From contig OX597828.1 of the NCBI GenBank assembly GCA_951406725.2, forward strand, positions 75,454,001 to 75,518,000: a stretch of 64,000 nt of DNA. The letters are read 5' to 3'. Positions within the stretch are counted from its first letter, which is position 1; each line of letters opens with the position of its first letter. Made by a program: the position numbers and the translations under genes. The notes below the pieces were generated by a model. It saw only the letters and a list, made by a program, of their open reading frames with translations, made no database searches and was not told the DNA's origin. The DNA is from Octopus vulgaris (taxonomy: Eukaryota). Shown here in pieces: positions 1-11,929 of the stretch.

Positions 1-192
1 ATTTGTGTGCCTATGTTTGTCCTCCCATCATCGCTTGACAACCGATGTTGGTGTGTTTACATCCACGTCACTTAGTGGTTCCAAAAGAAACCGATAGAAT
101 AAGTACGTGGCTTACAAAGAATAAGTCATAAGGCCGATTTGTTTGACGGAAAGGCGGTGCTCCAGCATGGCCGCAGTCCAGTGACTGAAGCA
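1..192 (+). mobile_element. SINE family A, 3' half (truncated by window edge)
   Basis: Colinear with the 3' half of the full copy at 14174-14585, from catcgcttgacaaccgatg to ggcggtgctccagcatggccgcagtc. Confidence 0.85.
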
Positions 193-209
193 AATTAGAG
201 AATGTTATA

Positions 210-580
210 GGCGCAGTCGTGGCTTTATTGTTAAGAAGCTTGCTTCGAAGCGAAGGGGTCTTGGGTTCATTCCTACTTCGCGAGACTTTGGGTAAGTGTC
301 TTCTGTTATAGCCCATGACCGATTAAAGCCTTGTAAGTGAATTTGATTGACGGAAACTGAAAGAAGCCAGCTGTATGTGTGGGTGGGTGTCTTTTTGTTT
401 GTTGTGCCTCCCCTCCGCCTCCTGACTGCCAGTGTTGGTTTGTTTACGCTTCGGCAAAAACATAACGCTAGAATAAGTACCAAGCTGAAAAATAAATTTT
501 GGGATCGCATTGTTCAACACTTCAAGGCAGTGCTCCAGCACGGCTGTAGTCCAATGCCAGATACAAGTAAAAGATAAAAG
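210..580 (+). mobile_element. SINE family A, diverged near-full-length copy
   Basis: tRNA-like head (ggcgcagtcgtggc...gggttcattcc), ttgggtaagtgtcttct core, gacggaaactgaaagaagcc, and 3' gtgctccagcacggc...aagtaaaagataaaag. Confidence 0.85.
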
Positions 581-1009
581 CTTTAAGATACTTGAGGAGA
601 CTGCTTGTTAAATATATTTTGTCAGGAGTCGTTATTATTGATTGAGCGCAGATACATGTTGGGGGTGACGTTGTCATTTATCCTTGTAGTTTAAACGTAA
701 TAGAGAGTCAGAGAACCACATCTGAAATACGGTTTAATGGAAAGCCAACCAAAGTCAGCAATATAGAATATCCGAAGAAGGAATTAATTCTAAAGGCCCC
801 CCTTTTAAGCTACATCAAACATATAACTTGTTGCGTTGGGTGAGAATGACAGCACTTCAGTACGTAACGGCAAAGTTATTGTCCCGGTTGCATTGCACCT
901 TTGAAGGTTCATTACGAGTTCAATTCTCAGTGACGCTATTATTTTGTGAGTTATATAGTAATGTTGATGCCAGAATGAAGAAAAGAGGCAGTGATGGTGA
1001 AGATGACAT

Positions 1010-1140
1010 ACTTTCTGTTCTACTCTAGGCACAAGGTCCGAAATTTAAGGGGAGGGGGCAGGCGATTAAATCGACCCCATTACACAACTGGTAACTTAAT
1101 TTATCGACCCCGAAGTAATGAAAGGCAAAGTCGACCCCGG
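1010..1140 (-). mobile_element. SINE family B, 3' half
   Basis: aggcacaagg...ttatcgaccccgaagtaatgaaaggcaaagtcgacc is the reverse complement of the family B core and tail seen at 37033-37224. Confidence 0.8.
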
Positions 1141-1465
1141 AGATGATATACTTATGATGATGATGAAGAGGAGGAGGGAGAGGAGGAGTAGGCGCATGAC
1201 GACACTATTGAAGACAGTGATGGTGGTGATGGTGATGTTGATGGTGTTCTTTTATTCTCTTTGCTTGTTTCAGTCATTTGACTGCGGCCTTGCTGGAGCT
1301 CTGCCTTTGGTCGAACAAATCGACTCCAGAACTTTTTTTTTTGTAAGCCTATCGAATTCTTTTGCCAAACCGCTAAGTTACGTGGATGTAAACACACCAG
1401 CATTGATTGTCAAGCGATGTTGGAGGGGGAGGACAAACACAGACACACAAACATATTCACACACA

Positions 1466-1512
<47 letters not shown>

Positions 1513-1516
<4 letters not shown>

Positions 1517-1790
1517 AAGCTTTATGAAAATAGACAAAAGACGAAGGCAGGTGGAAAACAAACGAACAATTGTATTAGTATGGCGATCAGGAAATATAAA
1601 TAAAACAAGTCTTTAACGTTTCGAGCCTACGCTCTTCAACAGAAAGATACACAGAGAGAAAAAAACACAGAAAGAAGGAGAAAAAAAATGCGTGCAGTAG
1701 CTAACGAATCAACATGGCGATCTGATTTCGGCCAGAGGTCAAAGATCAAACATGAGACGCGAGAGCGAAATAAGGGGAGATAATAGGGTT
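1513..1790 (-). mobile_element. Penelope-like pLTR-type fragment carrying a hammerhead motif
   Basis: Contains the motif at 1610-1647. The gtattag...cg.tcag...aaa context is shared with 15745-15890 and 24690-24875. Penelope assignment rests on the established link between minimal type-I hammerheads and PLEs. Confidence 0.55.
1610..1647 (-). ncRNA. Minimal type-I hammerhead ribozyme motif (core CUGUUGA, A6U variant)
   Basis: Minus strand reads TCTTT CTGTTGA A GAGC-GTAG-GCTC GAAAC GTT AAAGA. Stem I TCTTT/AAAGA, stem II GAGC/GCTC, palindromic AACGTT. Confidence 0.6.
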
Positions 1791-1851
1791 GATAATAGGG
1801 TTGATAATAGGGTTGATAATAGGGTTGATAATAGGGTTGATAATAGGGTTG
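1779..1851. repeat. 12-bp tandem repeat (GATAATAGGGTT) x6
   Basis: Six perfect units directly visible. Confidence 0.95.
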
Positions 1852-1861
1852 AAGGACCAGC

Positions 1862-2200
1862 TAATAGTGCGTAGGAGGGGTCTGGACGTGTGTATGTATA
1901 GGGTTGGTGTATGTATAGTATGTATAAGGGTGTGTGTGTGTGTGTGTGTGTATGAGAGAGTATTAGTGCGTAGGATTGGTCTGGACGTGCGTATGTATGG
2001 GGTTGGTGTATGTATTAGTATGTATTAGTATGTATTAGTACGTATTAGTATGTATAAGTGTGTGTGTGTGTGTATGAGAGAGTATAAGTGCGTATGAGGG
2101 GTCTGGACGTGTGTATGTTTAGGGTTGGTGTATGTATTAGTATGTATTAGTATGTATTAGTACGTATTAGTATGTATTAGTTGGTGTATGTATTAGTATG
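1862..2200. repeat. About 100-120 bp minisatellite x3 with nested (GT)n and (TATGTATTAG)n
   Basis: gtgcgta...gtctggacgtg.gtatgt..gggttggtgtatgtat recurs near 1867, 1966 and 2088. Confidence 0.85.
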
Positions 2201-2555
2201 GCACATCATATATGATGTGATGTGTAAAGTCGTGTAGTGTAGTGAGGAGAATATGGGGGGGAGAAGAGGGGGGAAGGGGAGGGGAAGAAGAGGGGGAGAA
2301 GAGGGGGGAAGAGGAGAGGAGGGGGAGGAGGAAGGGGAGGAGGGAGAGGAAGGAGGAAAGAGGGAGAGGGGGAGAGAGAAGGGGAGTGCGACGGGCTTCT
2401 TTCAGTTTCCGTCTACCAAATCCACTCACAATGCTTTGGTCAGCCCGAGGCTATAGTAGAAGACACTTGCCCAAGGTGCCACGCAGTGGGACTGAACCCA
2501 GTGGGTATCATGTGGTTGGTAAGCAAGCTACTTACCACACAGCCACGCCTGCGCC

Positions 2556-2607
<52 letters not shown>

Positions 2608-2894
2608 ATGACGGTAGTGGTGACGGAGGGCGTGATGTGGAAGACAGAAAGCAAAAGACGGAGAAGAGGAAGAGAGCGAAAAAGAGGAGAAAAGAAGAAA
2701 AGTGGGGGAAAGGAGGAGGAGGAAGGGATTATGATATTGACGGTAATGATGACGACGATGATGATAGTGTAAGTGAATAATATGACATTAATCCAGTTTC
2801 AGGAATTCCACAGAGAGTTGCTAAGTGGGAGATAATCTGTGAGTTTATTGATGAATTAGCATAGAGGTCAGAGTATGTTTGCACAGGGTCACTG

Positions 2895-3500
2895 GAAGGA
2901 GAGGAGGAGCGAGAGAGAGGATCAAGGGAAAGCGTGAGAGATAGGAAAGAGAGGGGAACAAGGGAAAGCTAGAGGGAGAGAGAGTGAGCAAGTGAGAGAG
3001 AGAGAGAGAGAGAGGGGGAAATTAAGAGGAATAGAGAGGAGAGGAGGAGAGAGATAAGGAAAGAAGGAATGAGAAAAAAGAGAGAGGGAGAAGAAGAGAG
3101 AAAGCATGGGAGCAGAGAGAGAAGAAGAGATATGATGAGAGAAGAGAGAGCAAGAGAGGGAGAAGGAGGAGAGGGAAAATAAAGAGGAATAGAGAGGAGA
3201 GGGGAGAGGAAAAGAAAGAGAGAATGAGAGAAAGGAGAGGGAGGGAGATGAGGAGAGAAAGGATGGAAGCAGAGAGAGAAGATCCAGGGAAAGCGTGAGA
3301 GAGGGGAAAGAAAGATGACTAAGGAAAGCTAGAGGAATAGGAGGAGAGAGTAGGGAAGAGGAATAGGAGGAGTGAGGGAACGAAAGAATGAGAGAAGTGA
3401 GAGAGGAAGAGGAGGAGAGAAAGGATGGGAGCAGAGAGAAGAGAAGAGATAAGATGAGAGAGGAGAGAGAGAGGGAAGGAGAAAGAAAAAGAGAAAGGAA
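2895..3500. repeat. Polypurine (GA-rich) tract with a cryptic internal duplication
   Basis: Almost purine-only plus strand. gatc.agggaaagcgtgagaga at about 2920 and 3281; atgggagcagagaga at about 3106 and 3425. Confidence 0.85.
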
Positions 3501-4511
3501 GGTTGTAGATATACAAACATACAGAAAGAACAACTCTCTAAATTTGAAGATGCTAATAATTTGAAGATGCTAATAACAACAATTAGAGGGAGAGGAGGAG
3601 GTGGAAAGGAGGAGGAGGAGGGGAGAAACGTAAACAACAACAACAACAACAACAGAGAGAGCGTCCGCGGATTTGCTGTTGTTGCTGCCAGTTCAGTTGT
3701 GGTCAAGCAGAACTATGATGAAAGCTGACCTCACTGACATGAACACTTCATTTTATCCCCGAACCGAATCCAGCATTTCTTTCATCTCGCCCTTCCTTCA
3801 CATGACCAACACTGCTTGATATACACAACCACCACATGGCCGGAACCCCCAAACTACAAACCCCAAGTAATGTAGAGATAAAACAAATTCTGGGCTACAA
3901 CCCCCCAATCCAGCAGATCTCACGTCGATAGTGACCACTAGGTTGAATACCCTTTCGGACGGAGAGAGAAGAAAACAAAAAGATGTTGGGGAAAATGTGT
4001 CTTGATTCCTTTCACGTTGTAACCCTTTCATTAATATTTCCATGTCAGAGTACAGCACGGCTCACACACACACACACACACACACACTTACACACACACT
4101 AACACTTACACACACACACACACACACTTACACACACACAGAGGCATATACATGTGAGTAGACAAACGAATGAAGAGCACTCAACACATTCGTTGGGAAT
4201 TACATGTTTCAATCGATGGCACCAAAGACCAGATCCGTACCAGGCTGCATTGTTTATACTTTAAAAAAGGTTCGATCAATTTATCTTATGAGTGTTAGGT
4301 CCCTTGTTTACAGTCTTACAATTTAAGCGCGCCTACAAGCAGAAGACGTTGTGTTCTACATATTAGAAATATCGGAAATAATTTTTACAAAAAATTATGA
4401 TGTAAAAGTGAAATTAAAACAACAAAATAGAACTTAAATAATTTTACTTAGAAAACTATTAAGGGTTGAAAGCTAATTTAGAGCGGTGATATGATGTGTG
4501 TGCATGCGTGC

Positions 4512-4582
<71 letters not shown>

Positions 4583-5299
4583 TTTAATGCGCTAGACACT
4601 TTCAGAAATGATTGCACTCGTCGGAATGGCTGAAACAACCAAAAATGGCTGAAATTATAATTTACCGAACGACCATTGGCGAATGTAGTTATCGCAATAA
4701 GAGACTCGCTACACCATAGTTTCATGTTAACGCACTTAAAAACATGCTTTTTTTTCTTTTGTTGCTTTTATCGTTATAAACACACACACACAAACTCACA
4801 TAGACACACCCCTGAGTGCGTGCGTTTGTGTTTGTATATATATGTGTGTATGTATGTATATATATATGAACATATACATGTATACACTGATGTGTCTCCA
4901 TCCGCACACACCCACGTTTATGTACATTCATACACACACATAATTACACTAATGTGTATATATGGTAGTGTATATAATAAGTATGTGTGTGTATATGTTT
5001 TCTGTTCTGACCTGTCCGTTTTGGTGGAGTATTGATTTTGAAGTTTGCTACAATCATTTTGGCAAAATTTCCCTTTCCTCTCAGAAATGATATTCACTCC
5101 TGATGCACATCCCCCCTCCCATACACACTTATTATTATCTTCCATTACAACTGTATATAAAGTTAGACCAAGCTCACCCATAATCACGTGAATTACATGT
5201 AATTAGAGCTAATTGCATTGTAATTACATTAACTTCTGCCTAATTAGAACTCATTATATCTAGTTAAATTTATTACAACTTTATACTGACACTACTATC

Positions 5300-5345
5300 A
5301 TTATTACTGTTATTATTATTGTTGTTGATATTATTATTGCTATTA

Positions 5346-5395
<50 letters not shown>

Positions 5396-5469
5396 TATTA
5401 TTATTATTATTACTTGTTGTTATTAATATTAATATCGTTGTTGTTATGATGATGATGATGATAATAATC

Positions 5470-5531
<62 letters not shown>

Positions 5532-5575
5532 TGAATAATAATGATAATAACAATAATAATAATTATTATTATTGA
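5300..5575. repeat. (TTA)n followed by (TAA)n microsatellites
   Basis: Directly visible; the two tracts face each other in opposite orientation. Confidence 0.9.
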
Positions 5576-6289
5576 TAGGTATGAATCGGATGCTAAAGAT
5601 AGAATTCCAAAAATGATAAGAAAAATCTTACTATGAAATAAACGTGATCTCAGTGAAATACTTCTGGCAAAATGGTAAGATGATTCTGGTGATTGTGATG
5701 CCAATGATAATGTTATCTCTTTCCGTACTTATTTATTATTTCTTTCTTGTGTGGTACTTTGTGTACTGTGCATTTCAAGTTAATGATTTTAACATTAAAT
5801 TTACGAAAAACAGGTAAAAATTTTCTGAAGTAAAAGGAGTCAGAATGGGAGGAAAATCTAGGCATGGTATTATTGGAAAGAAAGACTGTAGCTTCGAAGT
5901 GTGTGGCTGGCTGATGAGCCGTTATTAGAAGAAACTTGGAAGCCGCAATCACCCTGTATTAATTAAATATATGCTTGTATTATATAATTATGTGTATATA
6001 AATGTGAGTGTGAGAGCGTGTGCGTATGAATGTGTGTACGGGTTGTGTGCGTATGTAAGGGTTTCGTACTTTACAAATGACTTCATATAATAACTGCGGT
6101 TAGGATGTGACACAGTCCTGACCTGCTAGGAATAGCATGATCATCAGAGTATTTATATACTAATACACAAAGTGACGGCGGAGTCACGGCTGGGACGTCA
6201 CAAAGACACTATGTTGTATTTGGTAGAATTAGCCGGTAAATTGTCACAGCTCACACGTTATACTGTTAGAAAGGGAAAATACATAAATA

Positions 6290-6615
6290 GAAGGCACTCT
6301 GATAACAAGCACTCCGTCGGTTACGACGACTAGTGTCCCAGTTGATCCAATCAACGGAACAGCCTGCTTGTGAAATTTAAAGTGGCTGGGCACTCCACAG
6401 ACACCCCTACCCTTAACGCAGTTCTCAGAGAGATTCAGCGTGACACAAAATGTGACAAGGCTGGCCCTGTTTGAATTACAGGTACAACCCACTTGTGCTA
6501 ACTGGACCAAAGTGAAATAAAGTGTCTTGTTCAAGGACTCAACGCACCGCCGGGAATCGAACTCAGTACTTTATGATCGTAAGCCGAATACTGTAACTAC
6601 CAAGCCACGCGCCTT
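6290..6615 (-). mobile_element. tRNA-derived SINE family D (Meta/V-domain-like core)
   Basis: Minus strand: ggcgcgtggcttggtagtt (A box), gagttcgattcc (B box), then gtccttgaacaagacactttatttcac. Decayed relatives at about 23600-23767 and 36355-36520. Confidence 0.75.
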
Positions 6616-7439
6616 CGTATGTTCTTAGAAACATATAATACTGAATATAATACTGGATATAGTATTGAATATAATACTGAATGGTCACGGCTGGAACACC
6701 TATTGGGAAAGAAATGCTGTAATGGGAATGATCTGCGGTTATAAAACAGCAGCAATTCTATATTTTTAGTTGAAACTCGTGTATTTTTTGTGATGGAGTT
6801 GCCTTCCGATCAGGGGAAATGCTTGCCTGATCGCCAAACCAGCAGGATGGCATCATTCGAAAGCCATAACAATGCAAAGTGCATTGTGAACAGTGATGTA
6901 TAACTGCATCCGATAGTCTGGTCGATATCGTGATATCTCTTTATAAAAGACAGTATTGCTTTGTTTTGAAATGGATTGCATTTGTTTTAGAAAACACATT
7001 TCAATTTTCATTAAGACACTTTATTCAGTAGACCCTAGAATATTCTTCACCGAACCCCTATTTGCACCAAAACCAATTATCTAAATGACAATCTTTCTCG
7101 TAACATAATTTACGTCTGAACCTGCCTCGACTTATTAAGAATAATGTTGCAAAGATTCGTTCGGATTACTGTGCTCATGTTTAACAAAAGGAAAAAGGTT
7201 TGAAATTTTCTGGGTAGGTATAATGGATTAGTCCGACCTAACATTTTATTTTACTGATCGCTGGAGAATGAAAGATAAGGTCACACCTCTACAGCATTTG
7301 AACTCAGAACGTTAAGGTAACAAACTGCCGCAAGTCATTTGGTCCACCACTTAAAGAATTCTGTCGATACAACCGCCCTCCACCAACCCTGCTCCCAGCA
7401 AATACTATTATTTTATTACACTGAAGTTGTCCAACCAAA

Positions 7440-7850
7440 CCACTGCCGTTTTCTCTCATGAATTCTATGCGGTAGTCTAAAGTAGGAACAGCATTCTACA
7501 GAGTTTAGCTTCAATAAATTCATTTAATTTCTCCAATTAACTTGGTTCTTTCCGGAGAATCAGTTGTCAATGGTTTTTCTATCAAGCAACATTGTGTACA
7601 AGCATTGAAACTGTTCGTTGTACAATCTCTGTATAAAGTGACAATTGATGAGGTGCTTTCATGTCCCAATAGATTTTCACATTGTACTTCTTCTAATGGT
7701 CCTTTGGCAACACAGATGCTATCATCTTTACTGATTCTATCATTGTCATGCGCTTGCCGTTCAGTCGAGTACTTTTTCTGAAAACTTCCATTTGTTCTCA
7801 ATAAACAGTTTAGTTGTTCTTAAAAGCAGGAATTTCTGTTGTGGCACATT
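7440..7850 (-). mobile_element. Highly decayed mariner-like transposase relic
   Basis: Across frames on the minus strand, in mariner order: ENKW (DEKW), AKGPL then KKYNVKIYWDMK (KKVMLCVWWDMK), RLYNEQFQCL (LYCQQLERL), NEFIEAK and FRLPHR (FFASK...KLPERW). No TIR seen. Confidence 0.4.
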
Positions 7851-8076
7851 TACACTTAGGTTAATAAAATTTAACCTTTTCCAGGTTTGTCTTTAATTTC
7901 ATAAATGCATACAAATACTGAGTGTTATAGGTGTCTGTGCGCCTACGTACATATACATACACTCACACGCACGAATATATTATGTATGTCTATAATCGTG
8001 TAAACACTTAACAGTAAAGACTTCTCTATAGATAAGGAACAAAAAGGGAACAGTCAATACTAAACATATTGTGTCA

Positions 8077-8127
<51 letters not shown>

Positions 8128-8249
8128 TGTGTTTGAGTGTGTGTGTATTAAATACGAAACTGCAAATTTCCTGCCTGCGTTTCACGTCTCTCATTTACAA
8201 ACGACATTTGAGTAATGAAACAAAAAAACCTGTTAATAACTATGTTTAG

Positions 8250-8500
8250 GTAAAAGAATTCCTTTTCAGATCACGGTGTTCAATGTTTAGTGTTTGACTA
8301 CAAATTTCTTCCAACAGAGCCGAACAGGGACACATCAACTCTTGCATGGTTCGCAGAATCCGCTGCAGATGTTTTACAGCCTCCACACAATTCAAATTGT
8401 TGTCAACATTCACCAAAACTTTACACCTTACTACTACTGTTCGTTGGATTGTCGAAAGATTCTTAATCTGGGATTTTGAGATGAATTACTCTTGTAGACG
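8250..8500 (-). mobile_element. Possible decayed Tc1-like transposase N-terminal (HTH) relic
   Basis: Minus-strand NLSTIQRTVVVRCKVLVNVDN, then frameshift to CGGCKTSAADS, loosely matching Tc1 STVQRIVKKFK.TGSVEN..RSGRP.KTS.RD. Confidence 0.25.
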
Positions 8501-8776
8501 ATAGAGTACGGATGGGGAAAGAGTGTGAACTGGTAACCTCTCAGTTGCTGGCTGGTTACCCATCTCACTAACTACTCACCATCCACACTCACGCACGCAT
8601 ATATATATAACCTGTCCCAAGAGATTATATCTACTAGAAAATAATAACAGTCTTCTCCTTCTTCTTCTTCTTCTTCTTCTTCTGCTTATTTTTCTTCTTC
8701 TTCTTCTTCTTCTTCTTCTTCTTCTTCTTCTGCTTCTTCTTCTTCTCATTGCTATTATTATCATCATCATCATTAA

Positions 8777-9010
8777 GGTGTCGAGCTGGCAGAATTGTTA
8801 AAATGTCGAGTAAAGTGCTTAGCGGCATTTCGTTTTTACATTCTGAGATCAAACTCTGCCGAGGTCGACTTTACCTTTCATCATTTCTGGGTCGATAAAA
8901 TAAGTACCAGTGATATTCTGGGAGCGATGTAGTTTACTAGGTGCCTCCCTCCCACTAAATGTTAGGCCTTGTGCCAAGAGTAGAAAGGATTATTATTACT
9001 ATTACTATTG
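8777..9010 (+). mobile_element. SINE family B (tRNA head, Nin-like core, (TTA)n tail), full length
   Basis: ggtgtcgagctggcagaattgtta...gagatcaaactc (B-box-like)...gaggtcgactttacctttcatc...gggtcgataaaataagtaccag...ggccttgtgccaagagtagaaaggattatt. Confidence 0.85.
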
Positions 9011-9011
9011 T

Positions 9012-9510
9012 TAGTGTGTGTGTGGCTCTCTTTGAATTCTGAATCTTTCCCATATCTTGCCGAGTGTCATCTTGATACCTTAGGTAAAATTGTTAATATG
9101 CACGTTTGACAATTAATTGCCTCACAACTGTCACTCTAAGGGCATAAACACAACAGTAAATGTCTTGTAAAGTATTTAACTGGTAACACCGTTCGCAAGA
9201 TATGTACAGTGACAGTCAGCCATATTTTCTGTATCTTTTGCAAAGAATAGCTTTCCAGGCATCTGTTCCAAATACTTTTCTGTTTTCTTGTCTATCTTTC
9301 CAAGTGCAGCGGGTTTTTTTTTTTTTTTTTTGGCATTGTACAAGTCTTAAGATCCAAAATTCTTATTTTTACTTATCGGATATTTATATTGATTGAACTT
9401 TCGGAACTCTTTCCAAGAGATGTTACAATCCAATAGTACGCTCGGGTCAATTAAAAGACATATTCTTTTACAGTCCTTCGCAATTCTATTGAGTCTCTTG
9501 GCCTTGATCA
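9012..9510 (-). mobile_element. R4/Dong-like non-LTR retrotransposon, 5'-truncated (restriction-like endonuclease C-terminus plus 3' UTR)
   Basis: Minus translation IKAKRLNRIAKDCKRICLLIDPSVLLDCNISWKEFRKFNQYK ... AALGKIDKKTEKYLEQMPG / LQKIQKIWLTVTVHILRTVL matches the RLE pattern RPD...LIDxSVP.D.N...KE.EK..KY...GALG...TAHILR. Frameshifted. Confidence 0.8.
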
Positions 9511-10435
9511 TTATTATTATTTCTTTTGCTATTCATTATTAGAAAAAATGTATCAAGATGTTCTTTGTTTCATCAAAATAATATCTTGTCTATTTTGAAA
9601 ACCACAAACAAAAATGTCCAAAGGATGTGTAAGATTACTACAACAATCTTGTTACAACAATACTTATGGATGCAGATACTGCTCTTTTCTGGAATGTTCC
9701 CGTGCCTGTCTCCAGAAGTAATTTGTCGATGCCTTTACAGAAGTCGCTGTGAAGCATCCAAATTTGATCATTTACGAATGAAATGACGGACACATTTCTT
9801 AACTGCCTTCAGCAACTTCATTCTTGCAATTCCCTAGATTTTTCAACTCAGTTCTACTTAATAAATATTCTTCGTATTTCGATGTCAATTATTACAACAC
9901 TTATGACATTTGCCATTCTCTGGTGGACTTCCCCTCTGCATAAGCTCAATATTTTTTTATTTCAGAGACAAGTCAGATGTCCAAATGTGTTCTACTGAGT
10001 GCGTTTCTATAAGAGATTTAAACTAAGTGTTCCTATGATCAAGTGTAGAAGCTTGTGATGCAATATAAATTCTTGTTGCAGAAAATACATAAGGTCGACA
10101 TTTGTAGTGTATATTACAGAAATTATCCCAATTGAATTTAATGTGTTTTGTGACGAAAGCCAGGTGTTGTGTGGCACACACTGCGGCTTCTCTTGCTCCA
10201 TTCAAGACTGTATTTGTTTAACTAGACTAAAGTTAATTATTTTTTTTATATATTGGAGGACGGAGCATTGAGATGACGCAAGTATTGACCATGCAAACTG
10301 GTATGCATTAATGCTGGTTGTTCAATATCGATGTATTACGTGTTATTACACTGTCTAGTCCTGTTTAGTAATTTTTCTCTTGTTCTTTTGCCTCAGGATT
10401 CAATTTCAATTGTCCGATTATTATTAATATTATCA

Positions 10436-10479
<44 letters not shown>

Positions 10480-11451
10480 ATTATAGTTATTATTATAATT
10501 ATCATTAATAATGTTATTATAAATGGTAATAGACGTTTAAATATTTCAAACACAACATCGTCTCACCCCTGCCCCTTCCATTCCTGATCAGTTGATGCTG
10601 AGAATATTTACTAATTTTTGTTATGCTTTTTTTGTCTTTTTATTGATTATACTGTTGTCGTTATTGTTAATGTTGTTGTTGGTTGCGTTCTGGTTTTGTT
10701 TTCGTTTTTCTTTCTTCATGTTGCTGTTGTATCGCTTCATGTGTGTGTGTGTGTGTGTGTGTACAAGTATGTGTATGATTGTGGGTACACATGTATGCGT
10801 ATGAGTGTGTGCTTGTTTACATCATTAATGTCATTGAATATTATCTTCATCAAACTCTCACACCCCCACCACTACCACCAACACTACCGCCATCACCACA
10901 ACAACAAGCAAGGCCACCACCAAAACTACCACCACTACCACCACCATCACCCATATCGACAGCAACACATCTAACTACCAGACATGAACTGTTATGTTAA
11001 ATACAAGATGGCTAGTCAATGTTATTATCGACACCATCTTCATCATCATCATCATCATCATCATTAGCGTCAACACCACCATCACTACCACCACCTTCAC
11101 CACAAACAAAATACTCCCCCTTATCATTATCCTCATCATCTTCATCATTAACATCACCTCCACTCAAACCACAATGTCCACGATCTTAATTCTTCTTCTT
11201 CTCCTTCTCCTCATCCTCCTCACCACCACCAGCATCATCTATTTGTGCTTTAATATTAATAATAATTATAACAATAACAATAATAGCAACAGCAACAACA
11301 ATCACCATGACAACCCTACCCTCCACCACACACACATTTCACCCTTATGTTTTCAATTAAACATCTTCCACATCATGAATATCAAGTAATTGTCACAGCT
11401 ATAATCATTATCACTCGTTTTATTAATAATTTTAATAATAGTATTGTACTT

Positions 11452-11518
<67 letters not shown>

Positions 11519-11929
11519 GGACACAAAAAATGTTGTTATTGTTTTTTCTAATGGCTTTGTTAATAATGTGGTTAATAATGATAATGTTGTTGCCATCAAT
11601 GATAAAAGATTGTCACTAATGACTGTAATAGTGATGACGAAGTTGCTGCTGATGATGATGATAATGATGATGATTATAAGGAAAACTATCTTGATTACAT
11701 ATTTTCACAGAGTGAAGTTTCTATGCTTCTTTTCGAAAACAAATAACTAAAGAAGGAAACCTCGATGTCATTTGCTACATTATTATCGCAGTAAATGTTC
11801 AGCATTAGAATCATCAATATGAGAGACACGACCAACATTTTCACAGATGGACTTGTACCACATATCTGTTGATTTACCTACAGAAGTGTGAACCAACACG
11901 GCAGAAAATAGACTCTGACACAAAAAAAA

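Larger units (their letters stand above)
1250..2555 (-). mobile_element. SINE family A split in two (3' half 1250-1470, 5' half 2390-2555) by insertions in its internal microsatellite
   Basis: Both halves match the reverse complement of 14174-14585, are in the same orientation and order, and break at the internal (TA)n. Confidence 0.75.

Noticed and set aside
2922-3533. 203-aa S/L/F/P-rich ORF
   Set aside because: It is the reverse strand of a homopurine tract, which lacks stop codons by composition.
3714-3740. C/D box snoRNA (ATGATGA...CTGA)
   Set aside because: The boxes are too close together and there is no terminal stem.
5905-5940. CTGATGA...GAAAC as a fifth hammerhead (also CTGATGA at about 16581, 17456 and 56736)
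   Set aside because: No stem II or stem I pairing could be formed around the core.
7520-7777. Apparent terminal coding exon (ttttcag acceptor, 85 aa)
   Set aside because: The polypyrimidine tract is weak, and mariner-like motifs across several frames explain the region better as a transposase relic.
9600-10210. Coding-like minus-strand segment, possibly a Tc1 N-terminus (AYAEGKSTRE)
   Set aside because: Too many stops and frameshifts, and only one short motif.
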